Assembly: GCA_963833125.1 (NCBI GenBank) | Contig: CAWHWX010000019.1 | Location: 64,001-128,000 of the forward strand | Length of the DNA stretch: 64,000 nt | Source of the DNA: Candidatus Bathyarchaeota archaeon | GTDB lineage: Archaea; Thermoproteota; Bathyarchaeia; 40CM-2-53-6 | Reading direction: 5' to 3' | Part shown: positions 61,501 to 64,000 of the stretch, piece by piece | How the letters are laid out: each line of letters begins with the position of its first letter | How positions within the stretch are numbered: the first letter of the stretch is position 1 | The notes under the pieces: model-generated | What the model saw: the letters and a program-made list of their open reading frames with translations, nothing else | The model's database searches: none | What the model was told of the DNA's origin: nothing | Made by a program: the position numbers and the translations under genes

Positions 61501-62978
61501 ACTCCCATGATGTCTTCTACGGTGAATCAGCACGCTACGCATTCGTCGGCGGATACACCGCTGGCAAGAATGGATTCACTACACAGGCGAAACTCTTGGT
61601 GGACCTTATGTTCACTCAAAATAGAGTCGTCTGGCCACTTCACTTCAATGAAGGTCCATACAACCTCGCAGCCTACACGTACGGCTACATACAAGACAAA
61701 GACTTCACAGCCTACGCACAGAACGGCCAAGTGGCCGACATGAAAGTCAACCTAATCATCGGCGTGAACATAACACTTGATATTCTCTTCAAGAAAGAGA
61801 GCATCATAACACCAACCGCCGAGAACATGTCTGCACGAGTTCGCTTCTTCAATGACCAAAGCCAGTTGGTAGCTGAATGGATGTCCAGTGAAGGCGTCTA
61901 CGTAAACACTCCTGGCCACGCCATAGCAGCCAACGGTGCAACGGTAGCAAGTGGGTTCGTGAACCCAACTTCTCCACAATACCCATTCAGCGACCAGGCG
62001 GGTCTACAGAAGCCCGCATCTGGCCTACAAGCATACAACTTCCTACCTGCAGGAACAACGCTACTTCACATGCTTACCGCAGGCTTACCACAGCAGCCGC
62101 CAGCAGGATTCCTCCTAACCAACCCGTCATACTTCAGCGATCCGCTGCAGGGCGGTGGCGGTGCCTTCGGTGACTGCGACTTCAATCTCTGGTGCTTCCC
62201 AGCCCCGTATGCTCAGTACCCGTTCCCCTACACGGGAATAGCGGGTGCTCCAGACTACACGGGTGGGTGGACAGCTGAAGCCGACTTCGTCCCATGGTAC
62301 TCCGCCAACGCGGCCTCGATGGAAGCTGCAAGCGGTGGACTACAAACAGCATCCGCACCAGGCTCATTCGCGCAGTACTATCCGCCAGTCAACGGTCTGC
62401 TGATGGGTGAATCGTATCACATCATCCCAGGCACGACCGCACTCTCAGGCATCAGCCTAACCGAAGACACAGCATTGAACGAGTACGTATCGCCACCAGG
62501 CAGCGCTTTCGTCGGCCATACGATGGCGGCGAATCACTTAGGTCCGTACTCGCAAGAAGGAGTCTGGCAAATCGCAGGAACTCACAACAGTGGTGAAGCT
62601 AGTGCGATCTTTGAAGTTGATCTGAACGGGTTCGTCTCAGGCAACGTTCTCGCCTTCACGTGGAGCAACGAGTTCCGCACACTCAGCTGGGGTACAGTCA
62701 GCGTGACTGGCGCTTGCGGAGCAACGTGGAACTTCTACACGTACGATGGCGTTTACCAAGCCTTCCTGCCCACAGGCAACTACAAGTTCACCCTAAGCCA
62801 ACCAGGATATGCGCCTCAAACCTGGTCCGTCTCGGTCTCACCAGGCCAATCCGGATCCGGACAGAACGTATACCTGGAGCAAAGCAACATCCCTGTCCCA
62901 GAGTTCAGTGCAGTAGCGGTTGTCGCCTTTTCAGCGTTAGCAGCATCTCTATACCTACTCAGACGAAGACGCAACTAA
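58578..62978 (+). CDS. Very large (~1,460 aa) secreted cell-surface / S-layer-like glycoprotein with a PEF-CTERM sorting signal; two single-base indels (near 60000 and 61125)
   Basis: Signal peptide, carboxypeptidase-regulatory-like beta repeats (GHYELEGMAPGVYDIYASAAGY; YQAFLPTGNYKFTLSQPGY), many N-x-S/T sequons, C-terminal VPEF + TM + RRRRN. Confidence 0.85.
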
Positions 62979-62986
62979 GCGTCCGA

Positions 62987-63025
62987 GCGCCCCTCAAAGG
63001 CGCCCGTATCCCTTTTCCTTTTTTC
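62987..63025 (+). terminator. Hairpin plus pyrimidine/T-tract terminator
   Basis: GCGCC-cctcaaa-GGCGC followed by CCCTTTTCCTTTTTT. Confidence 0.6.
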
Positions 63026-63288
63026 CGATAATATACTAGAATACTAATCAGAGGAGAGTTTTCCGATTTATCATAGGTAAAGAAGAAACGATATTCGTGT
63101 CTCGGGCTAAGCGTGCGCCGGAAAGGCGAGCGCCAGCTGCATCGAGAGGTCTTCCCTTTTTGTCGCGGGCAGGCTAAATCGTTGGGTTGTTTTCGTGGTA
63201 GCGGAAGGTTGGGTTCTCAAGTTGCTTCGAGGCTAGCTTCCAATCGACCTTCCCATTGGCTGCATTCCATTCGACGAAGGCTGCGCCC

Positions 63289-63588
63289 TCACCCGCCCAT
63301 GCCGGAAACTTCGATACCGTCGGTGTGTGGGTGCATTTTCAAGAAATTCTGCATCGCATCTCTATCTCGCCACACAGACATCGTCCAAAACCGTTTGTGC
63401 GGTAAATCGGTTTTCAGACCATATCTGATCAAACCTTTCGACTGTTCCAGCTGCTTCTGCACCTTTCCACTCATCAAAAAGAATGGAATGATGTGCCTCC
63501 AACTTCGGATGGGTAGTACGGTTGCGACGCAGAGGAATTCACTGGAACCCCGATCCCCTTCCACCTCAACCGTTCTTTGCGGCGACAT
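63289..63588 (-). CDS. DUF3291 / ABM-like dimeric alpha-beta barrel protein (C-terminus probably frameshifted)
   Basis: QLEQSKGLIRY..FWTMSVWRDRDAMQNF..HPH. Confidence 0.7.
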   Translation of the reverse strand: MSPQRTVEVEGDRGSSEFLCVATVLPIRSWRHIIPFFLMSGKVQKQLEQSKGLIRYGLKTDLPHKRFWTMSVWRDRDAMQNFLKMHPHTDGIEVSGMGG

Positions 63589-63792
63589 GGCAAATCAAAC
63601 GCTTCTGGGAGCTGATCCTACTTAACAAATTTCGGAAAGAGGCGTTGGTTGCAGGTTCTTCATTTGCCTATATAACGGAATAGCAGCAATTCACATAGAG
63701 ATATGCGAAGAAGTTTCTGGCTTACGAACTTTTGATAAGGCAAGACGTCACGCATATTGATTCCCCTTTAAGGTGCAACGGAGGTTCAAAGT

Positions 63793-64000
63793 ATGCCCAA
63801 GCTTGCCGCAATCGATGTTGGTTCCAACGCTATGCGGCTCGCTATTGCATCAGCTGACGACGATGGCAGAATCCACATAATCCACACAGACCGCGAGGCC
63901 GTGCGCTTAGGAGAGGACGTATTCGCGACTGGCGAAATATCTGACGCTCGCCTTGTTGAAGCAATGAATGCATTCCTCAAGTTTCGGAAATTGATTAATC
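63793..64000 (+). CDS. ppx: Ppx/GppA exopolyphosphatase family, runs off the window
   Basis: MPKLAAIDVGSNAMRLAIA..REAVRLGEDVFATGEIS. Confidence 0.9.
   Translation, partial: MPKLAAIDVGSNAMRLAIASADDDGRIHIIHTDREAVRLGEDVFATGEISDARLVEAMNAFLKFRKLIN

Noticed and set aside
1-64000. CRISPR arrays, IS elements, integrases, rRNA genes
   Set aside because: No regularly spaced repeats, transposase/integrase motifs or rRNA-like sequence were seen; most remaining short ORFs in the track are antisense shadows of real genes.

Overview
64-kb window of an archaeal chromosome of TACK type, most consistent with Bathyarchaeia (inference from L34e/L14e, a crenarchaeal-type single-OB SSB, intron-rich tRNAs and a PEF-CTERM surface protein). 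Many genes are broken by single-base indels, densest at about 9.8-19.4 kb and including essential valS and rpl23, so this looks like a noisy long-read consensus rather than pseudogenisation. Contents: small accessory genes (1-9 kb); ychF, a bacterial-type metK, valS, ssb, archease, pgi/pmi and a PAS two-component system (10-25 kb); the large ribosomal protein cluster through secY-adk-cmk-cbf5 (26-45 kb), lacking L3, L2, S8, L18 and L30 and interrupted by two metabolic inserts; an ABC transporter plus sugar/amine catabolic cluster (46-57 kb); and a ~1,460-aa PEF-CTERM surface protein. The main hidden signal is bulge-helix-bulge (BHB) splicing. A 233-nt stretch at 9417-9649 (-) resolves by hand into a canonical 77-nt tRNA-Trp(CCA) split into six exons by five introns. 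Two tRNA-Ser genes carry two introns each, and the cbf5 mRNA has a 19-nt BHB intron inside its catalytic Asp codon, giving ten predicted introns in the window.
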